From Candidatus Babeliales bacterium (lineage in GTDB: Bacteria > Babelota > Babeliae > Babelales > JANWKD01), in NCBI GenBank assembly GCA_963701665.1, contig OY969622.1, positions 1,248,001 through 1,312,000 of the forward strand: a stretch of 64,000 nucleotides of DNA. The letters are read 5' to 3'. Shown here one piece after another: positions 29,542-39,966 of the stretch (its first letter is position 1; the number at the start of each line of letters is the position of its first letter). The notes beneath the pieces are model-generated. The model had not been told where the DNA came from and did no database searches. It worked only from the letters and a program-made list of their open reading frames with translations. A program made the position numbers and the translations under genes.

Positions 29542-30417
29542 TTATTGTTCTAAATTTAAAGTATCTTCGCGAGCTTTTTTGACTGCTAATTTAATGGCGC
29601 TGATTGTTTTAACGTCTGACTCCGTTATACAAAAATGCTGCGAACGCACTTTTTTGTTGGTAGCAAGCATATATATCCAGGCATAACTCACTAGCTGTTC
29701 TATTGCCCCCAGGCCACAAAAAATAGATGCTAAGCAAGGTTGCCCTGCAGCACAGGAAAGCCCTGCTGCCGAACAATTTGTGCTGCCACACGTGGAACAG
29801 GTAATTGGTACCATGATATCTATATTTGAAATTTGTTCTTCATGATATTTGCGTACTCGTAGATCAAAAAATCGTAAAGTGCCAGAACGAATTGTTATAT
29901 ATTCTTCAAGCTTTTTTTGATCGCCTTTTAAAAGCTTTGCCATTGTGTTTGTTGTACAAGTAAAACGGTTAAGATTGTCTTGGATAAGCCGTGGATTTAA
30001 TCGATCAGTTTCAATAACACCACACCATGAACGATTGCCTGCAAGATTTTTTGACGATGGTATAGTTTCCCACAAATCAACAGTACCATAAAAAGGATTT
30101 GTTGTGGCCTCACATACAAAACTAAGTGCTGGGTGTTGCCCATAAGTAACTGTTTTTAAATTCTTTTTATAAACACCATAAAAAATATTCTCAAATTGAT
30201 CAGTTGCATCCAAAAGATTAGTGCAAATAGCCTTATGAGCAACATTCTTATGTCGCCCATAGTGCATACACTCATAACTTATTAACTTTGACGCATCGGT
30301 ATACTCCATTGCCATTAAATGCAGGCCCCCCATTAAAATCAAAACACCCAAGCTTAATTTTTTTGAAATTTGTATATTAGAAAATTTTACCGATATAAAT
30401 TTGATTGTTTTTTGCAT
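29542..30417 (-). CDS. Hypothetical exported protein
   Basis: 291-aa ORF, hydrophobic leader followed by MEY, Cys-rich hydrophobic segment near C-terminus. Confidence 0.65.
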   Translation of the reverse strand: MQKTIKFISVKFSNIQISKKLSLGVLILMGGLHLMAMEYTDASKLISYECMHYGRHKNVAHKAICTNLLDATDQFENIFYGVYKKNLKTVTYGQHPALSFVCEATTNPFYGTVDLWETIPSSKNLAGNRSWCGVIETDRLNPRLIQDNLNRFTCTTNTMAKLLKGDQKKLEEYITIRSGTLRFFDLRVRKYHEEQISNIDIMVPITCSTCGSTNCSAAGLSCAAGQPCLASIFCGLGAIEQLVSYAWIYMLATNKKVRSQHFCITESDVKTISAIKLAVKKAREDTLNLEQ

Positions 30418-30541
30418 AATTTCTATACTTTATTATATGAAAACGAACGTTTTTTATGGTAACTGCGGGCTTTTCACTCGTTTCATTATTACATTTTTTG
30501 TTAGTATACTCTTTTCCTCGTTCACAAAAAAGGATTTTAGC

Positions 30542-33265
30542 GTGACATTACCTAAAGCAAACGATGCAATTTTTCTTATAGATGGTTCTGGTTTTTTATA
30601 TCGTGCCTATTATGGCGTACGTCCTTTACATACTCCTCAAGGGATTCCCGTTCAGGCCGTCTATAGTTTCTGCCGCATGATTAAAAAAATTATGAACACA
30701 TTTCATCCCAAACATATGGCACTCGTGTGGGATAGTAAAGGCGAAACGATTCGTCATGAAATATATCCTGCGTATAAAGCGACACGCCAAGCCCCTCCAA
30801 GCGATCTTTTTGAACAAAAAAAATATATTCAACAATTTGCTGACCTTATTGGCCTGAAACAGATTGAAAAACCTGGCGTAGAGGCTGATGATTTATTATA
30901 TTCGCTTGCCCAAGATTACGCTCGCCAAGGAAAAGATGTCGTTATTTTAACGTCCGATAAAGATATGGCACAAACCCTCGGTGATCACGTAACAATATAT
31001 GACGCGTTTAAGGATGCCTTTATCACCCCCGCATCATTCTTAGAAGCAAAAGGATTTCCTATTGAGAAGTTACCTTTTTACTTTGCGCTGGTTGGCGACA
31101 CTTCGGATAATATACCCGGTGTAAAAGGCATTGGGGAAAAAACCGCGACTGAACTGGTGAAACAGTTCGCCTCTCTTGAAGATTTGTACGCGCGTATTGG
31201 CGAAGTTGCCAAAGAACGCACGCGCACTTTATTAACAGAACAAATAGCAAACGCGTTTTTAAGTGAGAAATTATTCCGCCTTCATTATTATGATTTACAA
31301 TATGCGGAACAAGCACTCGCTTTTGATCAAAACGCGTGGGCAAATGCACAACCACTTTTTAAAGAATTAAATTTTAAATCACTGCTAGAAGAAATTGCAA
31401 AAACAACACCTGAGGCTGTGCAGCCGGTAGCTTTGTTATCAGAAACAAAGGGATACAAATTTAAAACGGTCACCACCGAGCAAGAGCTTACGGCTGTTTG
31501 CGATGAAATAAAAAAAGCAAAAGTTTTCGCTTTTGATACAGAACTTGATGGCTTAAAGCCTCTTGAAAATCATCTTGTTGGCGTAAGTGTGTGTACCCAT
31601 AAGGGAACTGCTTATTATATTCCATTCGGCCATGTCACCGGCGAAAAACAACTTTCACGTGACGAAGTATTGCGCGCATTATCGCCGTTGTTGTTAGACC
31701 CAAACATAGAAAAATTCATGCATCATGCTAAATTTGATGAGCTTGCTTTGTGGCACTATAAGCAAGGCGTCAACAACCTGACTTTCGATACCATGCTTGC
31801 GGCACAACTTGTCACCCAAGATTGGCAACGCATTAATCTCAAAGCATTATCAGAACTCTATTTACATGAACCTATGCTCACATTTGCACAGATTGTTACT
31901 GATAAAAAATTAAAAAACTTTGCTGAAGTTCCTCTTGCAGGAGCAACTGAATATGCCGCAGCTGACGCACATCAAACCATGCAGCTTGTACCCATTTTAA
32001 AAAAGGCCCTGCACGAACAACAAATGGACACTCTTTATTATGATATTGAACTGCCGCTCATCCCCATTTTATTTTCCATGGAAGCCGAGGGCATTTATCT
32101 CGATACAACCGTGCTTAAAAAACTTGATGTAATGGTAACTAAAGATTTAGAAACCGTGCGCACGCTCATCGTAGATTTAAGTGGCGCAACATCTAAGGAC
32201 ATTAATTTAAATTCGCCAAAACAGGTAGAACAACTTTTATTTTATGAATTAAAATTACCTACCTACAAAAAAAGCACCAAGCGTACGGGCTATTCAACCG
32301 ATGTTGAAGTACTGCAAGAATTAGCCAAAATACACCCTGTGCCAAAATTGTTATTACAATACCGCGAACTCTCAAAACTAAAAAGCACTTATATTGATGC
32401 ATTGCCAACCTATATTAATTCTGAAACTGGCAAAATTCATACGAATTTTAGTCAAACGGGTGTTGCTACCGGCCGGCTTTCTAGTTCTGATCCAAATTTG
32501 CAAAATATTCCTGTTGAAACTCCTTATGATATTCACATTCGTTCAGCATTCAAGCCAGAGGCAGGGCATGTTTTTCTTTCAGCCGACTATTCACAAATTG
32601 AGTTGCGCGTTCTAGCATTTCTCTCACAGGATCCGACACTCATACAAGCTTTTTTACATGATGAAGATATTCATGCAAAAACTGCTGCAGGACTCTTTGA
32701 TGTTCCGATTAATAAAGTTACTCATGAACAACGTCAAATTGGCAAACGTATCAACTTCAGCATTTTATATGGATTAACTGCATACGGTTTATCGCAAGAT
32801 CTTGGTATTTCATTTACCGATGCTAAGCATTATATCGAAAAATATTTTGCACAATATCCGGGCGTCTCAACATGGATGGAAAATGTTCTTCATGAAACTA
32901 AAAAGTATGGCTACGTAACTACCTTTTATGGAAGAAGACGTTTTATACCCGGCATTTACGAGAAAAACAAAAATTTATATGAAGCTGCTTGCCGTGTTGC
33001 CATTAACACAAAAGCACAGGGTACTGCCGCCGAGATTATGAAACGCGGCATGATCGCCTTAGATAAAACATTTAAAGAGAAAAAATTGGGCGCAAAACTT
33101 GTTATTCAAATCCACGATGAACTTATCATTTCAGTTCCTGAATCTGAGCTCAAAGAAACAGAAAAAATAGTACAAGATGTTCTTGAACATGTTGTTAAGT
33201 GGGATGATGTACCTTTGAAAGTTTCAACGCATGTCGGCTCTAACTGGCAAGAAGTAACAAAATAA
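30542..33265 (+). CDS. polA: DNA polymerase I
   Basis: 5'-3' exonuclease (LIDGS, EADD), 3'-5' exonuclease (FDTE), polymerase motifs DYSQIELR and QIHDEL; GTG start inferred. Confidence 0.97.
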   Translation: MTLPKANDAIFLIDGSGFLYRAYYGVRPLHTPQGIPVQAVYSFCRMIKKIMNTFHPKHMALVWDSKGETIRHEIYPAYKATRQAPPSDLFEQKKYIQQFADLIGLKQIEKPGVEADDLLYSLAQDYARQGKDVVILTSDKDMAQTLGDHVTIYDAFKDAFITPASFLEAKGFPIEKLPFYFALVGDTSDNIPGVKGIGEKTATELVKQFASLEDLYARIGEVAKERTRTLLTEQIANAFLSEKLFRLHYYDLQYAEQALAFDQNAWANAQPLFKELNFKSLLEEIAKTTPEAVQPVALLSETKGYKFKTVTTEQELTAVCDEIKKAKVFAFDTELDGLKPLENHLVGVSVCTHKGTAYYIPFGHVTGEKQLSRDEVLRALSPLLLDPNIEKFMHHAKFDELALWHYKQGVNNLTFDTMLAAQLVTQDWQRINLKALSELYLHEPMLTFAQIVTDKKLKNFAEVPLAGATEYAAADAHQTMQLVPILKKALHEQQMDTLYYDIELPLIPILFSMEAEGIYLDTTVLKKLDVMVTKDLETVRTLIVDLSGATSKDINLNSPKQVEQLLFYELKLPTYKKSTKRTGYSTDVEVLQELAKIHPVPKLLLQYRELSKLKSTYIDALPTYINSETGKIHTNFSQTGVATGRLSSSDPNLQNIPVETPYDIHIRSAFKPEAGHVFLSADYSQIELRVLAFLSQDPTLIQAFLHDEDIHAKTAAGLFDVPINKVTHEQRQIGKRINFSILYGLTAYGLSQDLGISFTDAKHYIEKYFAQYPGVSTWMENVLHETKKYGYVTTFYGRRRFIPGIYEKNKNLYEAACRVAINTKAQGTAAEIMKRGMIALDKTFKEKKLGAKLVIQIHDELIISVPESELKETEKIVQDVLEHVVKWDDVPLKVSTHVGSNWQEVTK

Positions 33266-33279
33266 TTACGAATTATTAA

Positions 33280-34104
33280 TCATTTGTTTATCTGAATATC
33301 ATCAGAATCCTGTAAAGCAGACGCCAAATCTTCTTCACTCAGAACCAATGCATTAACCTGAGAAGACTTTCTTTGAAGATGAACTTTTTTAAGCCCCTCT
33401 TGGTAAGTGGCCAAAGCATGTAGCGATAAGCCTCTGTCTGGCGTTGCTACTTGGGCAGATGATCTACTAAGCAGCTGCTGGCTACCATGTATATCGTCGC
33501 TACTCTCCGCTGTCTTAAATGTAGCGATTTCGGGAATTTCCAAAGAATCTATGCGACATGAATCACCTCGCTCTACTCTTTTCCTAGCTGCTGCAGATGC
33601 TGCCTCTTTTGTAAGCGCTCTTCGACGGTGTTTTTTACCGCCCTCTGCTTGACCAGGCTTCGGTGTTATTTCTCTAACTATCGCACTTTTGCTTTTCTGT
33701 TTCGATTTCTTCTTTTTCGATACTTCTTTTACAACTATTACGTCGGAACTTTCATTTTTACTTCTCAACGCTTTCAATTTTCCTTCTAGGCGTGCATTTC
33801 TTTTTTCAAGAGTCTCAATTCTGGCAGTGAGACTACCAAGATCACCACAAATATCTTCGATGTGATTAAGGGTCGCACGTTCATGTTCTGCAAACTTTAC
33901 ATCATAGGCCTCTTGCATCAGCTTAAATTGGTCATTTAAAGCAGCTGACAATCCTACAAGCATTTTTTCTTCTTCCCCAATAGTCGACCCTTTTGTTTTT
34001 GGCGACTTAATACGATCAAAAGGATTTTTTTTCATACCATTAAGACAAAAAATTAATCCAAATGAACATAGCAGAAGTGCTACTTTGTGAGAAAAACTAT
34101 TCAT
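33280..34104 (-). CDS. Hypothetical secreted protein with coiled coil and basic clusters
   Basis: Signal peptide; KKKKSKQKSK, KKHRRR. Confidence 0.7.
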   Translation of the reverse strand: MNSFSHKVALLLCSFGLIFCLNGMKKNPFDRIKSPKTKGSTIGEEEKMLVGLSAALNDQFKLMQEAYDVKFAEHERATLNHIEDICGDLGSLTARIETLEKRNARLEGKLKALRSKNESSDVIVVKEVSKKKKSKQKSKSAIVREITPKPGQAEGGKKHRRRALTKEAASAAARKRVERGDSCRIDSLEIPEIATFKTAESSDDIHGSQQLLSRSSAQVATPDRGLSLHALATYQEGLKKVHLQRKSSQVNALVLSEEDLASALQDSDDIQINK

Positions 34105-34317
34105 AGTGGGATCCTTTGCATGTCATTGTGTAGAGTTTTTTCTTTATATTTCAACTTACTACCGCACGCATTTTTATGTATAGAGCATACTACGTTCACG
34201 CGTACATGTTCAAGCAGCGCGTGCACAAAAATCTTGAACGCGCGTTTTAATGCCACTGTCGCGCGCGCAAAAAAAACGGTACACTAAGGACAATTAAAAA
34301 TAGCAGAAAGGCTTTTT

Positions 34318-35031
34318 ATGTTAACGGAAAAAAATAGTATTCCAGAAACTACAATTCCGCATTGCGACCCGCTTTTAGATGGCATAAGTTCTGTAAGCTT
34401 GGTGCGCGTTTCTGGATCGGATTTAGATATTGTTAACGCAGCGCGCGTATCATTCGGAAAAGTTGCCACCACAGTGAGCGAGCGCGATAAAAATTTAATT
34501 AAATATTTAATTGAACACGATCACACGAGTCCATTTGAGCACAATCAATTTTCATTTCGCATAAAAGCACCACTATTTGTTACGCGCCAATGGATGCGCC
34601 ATCGTATGAATTCATATAATGAAATTAGTTATCGGTATGTTAAAGCACCGCTTGAATTTTATATTCCTCCCCACTGGCGTCATCAAGATGCAACCAACAG
34701 ACAATGCTCAATGGGATCGTTTTCAGACGACGCCCTTCTTGCCACCTACAAAAAAAGTATTGATGAGGCAGTCAAGGCGTACGAGTTTTTACTTGAAAAA
34801 GGCGTTGCACGTGAACAAGCGCGTGGATTACTGCCATTGTGCACCTATACTGAATTCATTTTTACGTGTAATTTGCACTCGTTAATGCATTTTATGCGCT
34901 TACGTTTACATACTGGCGCGCAGCAAGAAATTCGCGACTATGCAAAAGCGTTACTCTCGTTAGCATTGCCACATTTTCCTGTTGCACTCGCATGTTGGAA
35001 AAATAAATATAATGTTGAGGTAGCAGTATAA
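34318..35031 (+). CDS. thyX: Flavin-dependent thymidylate synthase
   Basis: AARVS, HTSPFEH, RHRMNSYNEISYRY, REQAR. Confidence 0.95.
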   Translation: MLTEKNSIPETTIPHCDPLLDGISSVSLVRVSGSDLDIVNAARVSFGKVATTVSERDKNLIKYLIEHDHTSPFEHNQFSFRIKAPLFVTRQWMRHRMNSYNEISYRYVKAPLEFYIPPHWRHQDATNRQCSMGSFSDDALLATYKKSIDEAVKAYEFLLEKGVAREQARGLLPLCTYTEFIFTCNLHSLMHFMRLRLHTGAQQEIRDYAKALLSLALPHFPVALACWKNKYNVEVAV

Positions 35032-35101
35032 ATTTAAAAAAATTCTTGCTTTAAAGAATGGCCCAATATTAATTTGATACATATCTTTAAAGGAAGTATT
35101 T

Positions 35102-36193
35102 ATGAAACAAAATATTTTTTTCGTTATAGTGTTATTATTTTTTCTAAATCACCCAATCACTGCAAGCCAAAGACAAAGAATACAAGAAGCTGCTGAGCAA
35201 ATTGCCATGCTCCGAACACAGCTGAAAGAAAAATATCTTGAAAAGCTTGATGAGCTCAGAAGAAATTTTAAAAAAGCATATATTCGCGAAGCCAAAAGAA
35301 TCTTAGGCGTAGCAACAAAAAAAGAGATAGATGAAATGCCACGAGAGACCTTTGCTAGCCGTAGAAATGAAATACTACAAAATACAAATAAGCGCAAGTA
35401 TGAGTTACTAGAAGACTTTATCAACAAAAATGTTAACAACAATACTATTAATATCCAAGATCAAAATGGCAAAACCATTTTATTTGATACCATTGCTTCA
35501 GGGTTTGAAGATTTAGTAAGCGAGCTGCTTAATAAGGGAGCTGATATCACTATCACTACCCTTTTAGGAAATACTATGTTACATCAAGCAACCGCCGTAA
35601 ATTCAAGAATGACCAATCTAATCCTTCAAAAAGCGTCTCAGCTTGAACATGAACACGAATTTATTAATCAAACAAATAAATTTGGTAACAGTGCCCTTAT
35701 CTTGGCCATTGATAGAAATGATGCTGATACTGTTAGGGCGTTATTAAAAGCCGGTGCAAGTCCAAATATAGTTAATAATGATGGATTCACGCCATTACAT
35801 CAGGCAATTCTTCAGGAAAAACCTTCAAAAAAAACAGTCATGATTGTAAAGCTCTTACTTGAATCTGGAGCTAATCCAGGAGCTGAAGTTGAATCCAAAT
35901 TAATTTCAGGAAAAAAGAGATATAATAAATCTCCTATGGAGTTGGTAAAAAGGGCGATTGATGATATTTCAGCAACAGAATCTCATGCTAATCCTGAGCG
36001 AGAAAGCATACGATATACAAATCTAGAAAAAATGTATGAAGCTATGCTTGCTTATACAGGGAAGCCTTTCCAGATAATAAAAAAAACAGCTAAAAAAAGA
36101 GTTCGCATAGAAGATAATACTTTAAGCAATGCTCTAAGAAAACTAATAATACAGCTTGAGACCTTAAAAGGAAAATTAACACGCGGTGTTTAA
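35102..36193 (+). CDS. Secreted ankyrin-repeat protein
   Basis: Signal peptide; GKTIL, GNTMLHQA, GNSALILA, GFTPLHQA. Confidence 0.88.
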   Translation: MKQNIFFVIVLLFFLNHPITASQRQRIQEAAEQIAMLRTQLKEKYLEKLDELRRNFKKAYIREAKRILGVATKKEIDEMPRETFASRRNEILQNTNKRKYELLEDFINKNVNNNTINIQDQNGKTILFDTIASGFEDLVSELLNKGADITITTLLGNTMLHQATAVNSRMTNLILQKASQLEHEHEFINQTNKFGNSALILAIDRNDADTVRALLKAGASPNIVNNDGFTPLHQAILQEKPSKKTVMIVKLLLESGANPGAEVESKLISGKKRYNKSPMELVKRAIDDISATESHANPERESIRYTNLEKMYEAMLAYTGKPFQIIKKTAKKRVRIEDNTLSNALRKLIIQLETLKGKLTRGV

Positions 36194-36218
36194 CGTAATC
36201 AAAAAAGAGGGATATCCC

Positions 36219-36800
36219 ATGAATACAAAAATATATTCTTTGTTTTTGATATGTATAATTATCCATGACGTAAGAGCTATAAACACATCATACCAGGAAA
36301 AATTTAATGCGCTGTATGATAAGATTGCTGCCTACGGACAAGGTCCCAAGGATCAAGAAAAGTTTTTAGAAGAATTTATCAATGCTCCTGATTTTACTAT
36401 TGCATTTATAAGCAACAACGGAGAAACAATCCTAAGCACAGCAGTAAAAAACAATCAAGCTAATGTCGTGAAGAAATTGCTATCATTACCGGGATACAAA
36501 ACAATTATCGATCAGCAAGATTCTTATGGGTACACGCCATTATATTCTGCTGTAAATAATCGCAATAAAACAATTACTACCATGCTTCTTGAAAAAGGTG
36601 CTAACCCTAATGCTCCAAGTAAGGGTGGCCTTACCCCTCTTGATAGGGCTACTGAGTTACAATTACCCGAATTGGTAAATACACTACTCAAGTTCAATGC
36701 AGATCCTACAGCAAAACCTATACTACAGGATAAGAGATATACTAGTGAGTTAGAGGCTGCACAATCCCCAAAACAACAGTCCAAAGCAAAAGGACATTAG
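36219..36800 (+). CDS. Secreted ankyrin-repeat protein
   Basis: GAGG RBS; GETILSTA, GYTPLYSA, GLTPLDRA. Confidence 0.88.
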   Translation: MNTKIYSLFLICIIIHDVRAINTSYQEKFNALYDKIAAYGQGPKDQEKFLEEFINAPDFTIAFISNNGETILSTAVKNNQANVVKKLLSLPGYKTIIDQQDSYGYTPLYSAVNNRNKTITTMLLEKGANPNAPSKGGLTPLDRATELQLPELVNTLLKFNADPTAKPILQDKRYTSELEAAQSPKQQSKAKGH

Positions 36801-36975
36801 AAAATTCGGTTAGAGCAACTTTAGCTTAGTAAAATAAGCATTGCCTTGACATTTTTAGCTCTTATGCAATACTAAACTATGTGTTTTTCTTAAAACATAT
36901 CATAATTATTTCCCCTATTTTTATGCTTTTTAACCTGAAATTTAGGCTAAAAAGGCTCTTTTACAGAGGATAACA

Positions 36976-37236
36976 ATGGCAACTAGTAAATCGGGCGGAT
37001 CGACCCAGAATGGCAGAGATAGCCAAAGTAAGCGTTTAGGCGTCAAACTTTTTGATGGCCAAGAAGTAACCGGTGGAGAAATTTTAGTACGCCAACGTGG
37101 CACTCGTTTCCATCCAGGTAAATTAGTGGGCATGGGCTCTGATCACACCCTATTTGCTTTAAATGCAGGATTTGTTAAATTTCATTATGGCCGTAAAGGC
37201 AGACGTTACGTTTCGATATTCGCTACGCGTTCATAA
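36976..37236 (+). CDS. rpmA: 50S ribosomal protein L27
   Basis: [29 protein letters not shown]. Confidence 0.97.
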   Translation: MATSKSGGSTQNGRDSQSKRLGVKLFDGQEVTGGEILVRQRGTRFHPGKLVGMGSDHTLFALNAGFVKFHYGRKGRRYVSIFATRS

Positions 37237-37330
37237 CCTTGACAACGTATCTGCGTGCGGTACCCTAGTCTGAAATCAAAAAAATAAGTATCAAGCACCT
37301 CTTGACAATGAGTTGTCCCTGGAGAGTTTC

Positions 37331-38215
37331 ATGATCGATTTTCTAAAATATCGCTTTGTTTGCGCCATTTTTTCCCTCGTTTTGTTGGTCGGCTTTGCGG
37401 GCCTCTATTTTTATCGAGTCTCAACGCGTGGCTATGCATTTAGCTACAGTGTCGATTTTACGGGAGGAACTCAGCTTCTTTTCCGTTTTTCAAAACCAGT
37501 TTCGGATGCTGCAATCAAAGAAGTTTTAGAAAAGAATGGGTGGCATAATCCTGTTATGCGTGACTTCTCTAACACAGAAGTATTAGTCCGCGTTAAAGAA
37601 TTTTCTACCGATGTTAAAGGTTTAGGCCAAGCTATGCTTAAAGCATTACAAGAAGGATTGAACGATAGTGCTATTACTATCCTATCAGTTGATAGCGTTA
37701 GCGGTGGCGTGGGTGAAGTATTGGCACGGAAATCAATATACGCTGTAACACTCGCTCTTATTTTAATGCTTCTGTATATCTGGCTCAGGTTTTTTTCAAT
37801 CAGTTTTGGTGTAGGTGCGGTAGTATCTTTATTGCATGATGCAATAGTAATTTTGGGTATATTTTTGCTTCTCGATAAAGAGATTTCTATCAATGTTATA
37901 AGTGCTATTTTAGCAGTTCTTGGTTACTCAATTAATGATACTATCGTTATATTTACTAAAATTAGGCAAAACATTAAATCAATGCGTGGTGTACCAATTG
38001 CAAAGATTGTAAATACAAGTATTAATCAGACATTAAGACGTACTATTTTAACGAGCTTTTCAACAGCATTAGTAGTACTTTCATTGTTTATTTTAGGCGG
38101 TGAGGCTTTACGAGATTTATCCCTGGCGCTTCTCATAGGTATAATCTTTGGCACCTACTCATCCATTTACATTGCCAGCCCACTTATGCTACTATTATAT
38201 AAAGAAGCAAAATAA
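37331..38215 (+). CDS. secF: Protein translocase subunit SecF
   Basis: DFTGGT, LLHD, GYSINDTIV, RTILTS, GTYSSIYIASP. Confidence 0.95.
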   Translation: MIDFLKYRFVCAIFSLVLLVGFAGLYFYRVSTRGYAFSYSVDFTGGTQLLFRFSKPVSDAAIKEVLEKNGWHNPVMRDFSNTEVLVRVKEFSTDVKGLGQAMLKALQEGLNDSAITILSVDSVSGGVGEVLARKSIYAVTLALILMLLYIWLRFFSISFGVGAVVSLLHDAIVILGIFLLLDKEISINVISAILAVLGYSINDTIVIFTKIRQNIKSMRGVPIAKIVNTSINQTLRRTILTSFSTALVVLSLFILGGEALRDLSLALLIGIIFGTYSSIYIASPLMLLLYKEAK

Positions 38216-38506
38216 TTTATTACATTCAATTAATTACATACGTACTTATATGAATTTATGAGTTTAAGGTACGTATTCTTAAATAAAATTTCCTTAATGC
38301 ATCATCTTTTTAGATGACTGTATTGCTAGTAAAATATTCAGATACTATTTCGGTGCCATTTTAACCTATAAATTCTGATCAAACTTTAAGTAATTGAAAT
38401 AGAGGTACCTTTTATTTTTTGTATTCAAAGTCGTTAATAACAATTCAGGTCTAACACTATCTTATGATTTTTTCACGTCCTAACACATTCAAGGAGATCC
38501 AAAAAA

Positions 38507-39808
38507 ATGGTTACGCAAGAATTAGCTAAAATGAGTCTTGCAGATTTAAATCAATATGCTCGTAAATTAGGAGTTGTTGGCGCAACTCTTATGTCAAAAG
38601 AAATGCTCATTCAAAAAATTAAAGAACTTCAAGAAAATCCAGATAAAGAACTGGAAGTTGAAGGAGTTCTAGAAAAATTACCGGATGGGTTTGGTTTTTT
38701 ACGTTCTGCAAAATTTGATTATGTATCTGGACCCGATGACATTTATGTTTCTCCTTCACAAATCAGACGATTTGGTCTAAAAACAGGTGATACCGTTGTT
38801 GGTGTTATCCGCAAACCAAAAGAAGGTGAAAAATATTTTGCCCTTCTAAAAATCGACAAAGTAAACTTTGTTGATCCGTCTACACTCGGTGATCGTCTCT
38901 TTTTTGATCGCCTCACCCCATTACATCCTGATAAAAAATTCAATTTAGAAGCTAATCCAGCTTTTATTTCCACGCGCCTTATGGATATTTTCTCACCAAT
39001 TGGTAAAGGTCAGCGTGGTTTAATTGTAGCACCGCCAAAAGCTGGTAAAACCGTGCTGCTTAAAGAAATTACGCAAAGCATTTTAACCAATCACCCCGAA
39101 GTATACATGATTGTGTTACTGGTGGACGAGCGTCCTGAAGAAGTATCTGATATGCGCCGCTCGATTAAAGGGGCAAATGCCGAGGTTATTAGTTCCACAT
39201 TCGATGAAGCTGCCGAGCGTCACGTACAAGTTGCTGAACTCGTACTTGAAAAAGCAAAACGTCTTGTTGAAGTCGGTAAAGATGTTGTCATCGTTCTTGA
39301 TGCTATAACTCGTCTTGCACGCGCTTACAATACAACTGCACCCGCTTCAGGAAAAATTTTAACCGGTGGTATTGATGCGAACGCGCTCCAACGGCCAAAA
39401 CGGTTTTTTGGTGCCGCGCGTAACACCGAAGAAGGTGGCTCACTTACCATTATTGCTACGGCCCTTATTGAAACAGGCTCTCGCATGGATGAAGTTATCT
39501 ACGAAGAGTTCAAGGGAACTGGTAACATGGAAATGCATTTAAGCCGTAAATTATCTAACAGACGCTTATTCCCTGCATTTGACTTACTTATTTCAGGTAC
39601 TCGTCGTGAAGATCTTTTATTACCACCTGATGAGCTCAACAAAGCATGGATTTTGCATAAACTTTTAGCCACCATGAATACGGTTGAAGGCATGGAATTC
39701 TTAATTGATAAAATGAAGAAGCATAAAACTAATGCAGAATTTTTTGAATCTATTCAAAAGAAAAATGGCACAGCACCTTCTGGATCAGGATCATCTTCCC
39801 CTGCATAA
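38507..39808 (+). CDS. rho: Transcription termination factor Rho
   Basis: [41 protein letters not shown]. Confidence 0.98.
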   Translation: MVTQELAKMSLADLNQYARKLGVVGATLMSKEMLIQKIKELQENPDKELEVEGVLEKLPDGFGFLRSAKFDYVSGPDDIYVSPSQIRRFGLKTGDTVVGVIRKPKEGEKYFALLKIDKVNFVDPSTLGDRLFFDRLTPLHPDKKFNLEANPAFISTRLMDIFSPIGKGQRGLIVAPPKAGKTVLLKEITQSILTNHPEVYMIVLLVDERPEEVSDMRRSIKGANAEVISSTFDEAAERHVQVAELVLEKAKRLVEVGKDVVIVLDAITRLARAYNTTAPASGKILTGGIDANALQRPKRFFGAARNTEEGGSLTIIATALIETGSRMDEVIYEEFKGTGNMEMHLSRKLSNRRLFPAFDLLISGTRREDLLLPPDELNKAWILHKLLATMNTVEGMEFLIDKMKKHKTNAEFFESIQKKNGTAPSGSGSSSPA

Positions 39809-39821
39809 TAAAAATCACGAA

Positions 39822-39871
39822 AAAAACTCTTTCGTGACATAATTTTTTACGGAAATCACGAAAGAGTTTTT
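39822..39871 (+). terminator. Hairpin downstream of rho
   Basis: AAAAACTCTTTCGTGA / TCACGAAAGAGTTTTT 16-bp inverted repeat. Confidence 0.6.
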
Positions 39872-39966
39872 AGATACATTTTCAAAAATTTTTCTCTTAT
39901 TAAGAAATATAGTATCGTAGTAATGTTTTTATTGGGTACACATTTTTTTACAACAGGAACTACGAT

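Noticed and set aside
36794..36824. Frameshifted remnant of the leucine helix (TLENS/LEQL) after the second ankyrin gene
   Set aside because: Needs two frameshifts and covers under half the motif; cannot be distinguished from chance without reads or orthologs
38216..38506. Riboswitch or ncRNA in the 290-bp rho leader
   Set aside because: AT-rich with no recognisable conserved structure; long rho leaders are ordinary
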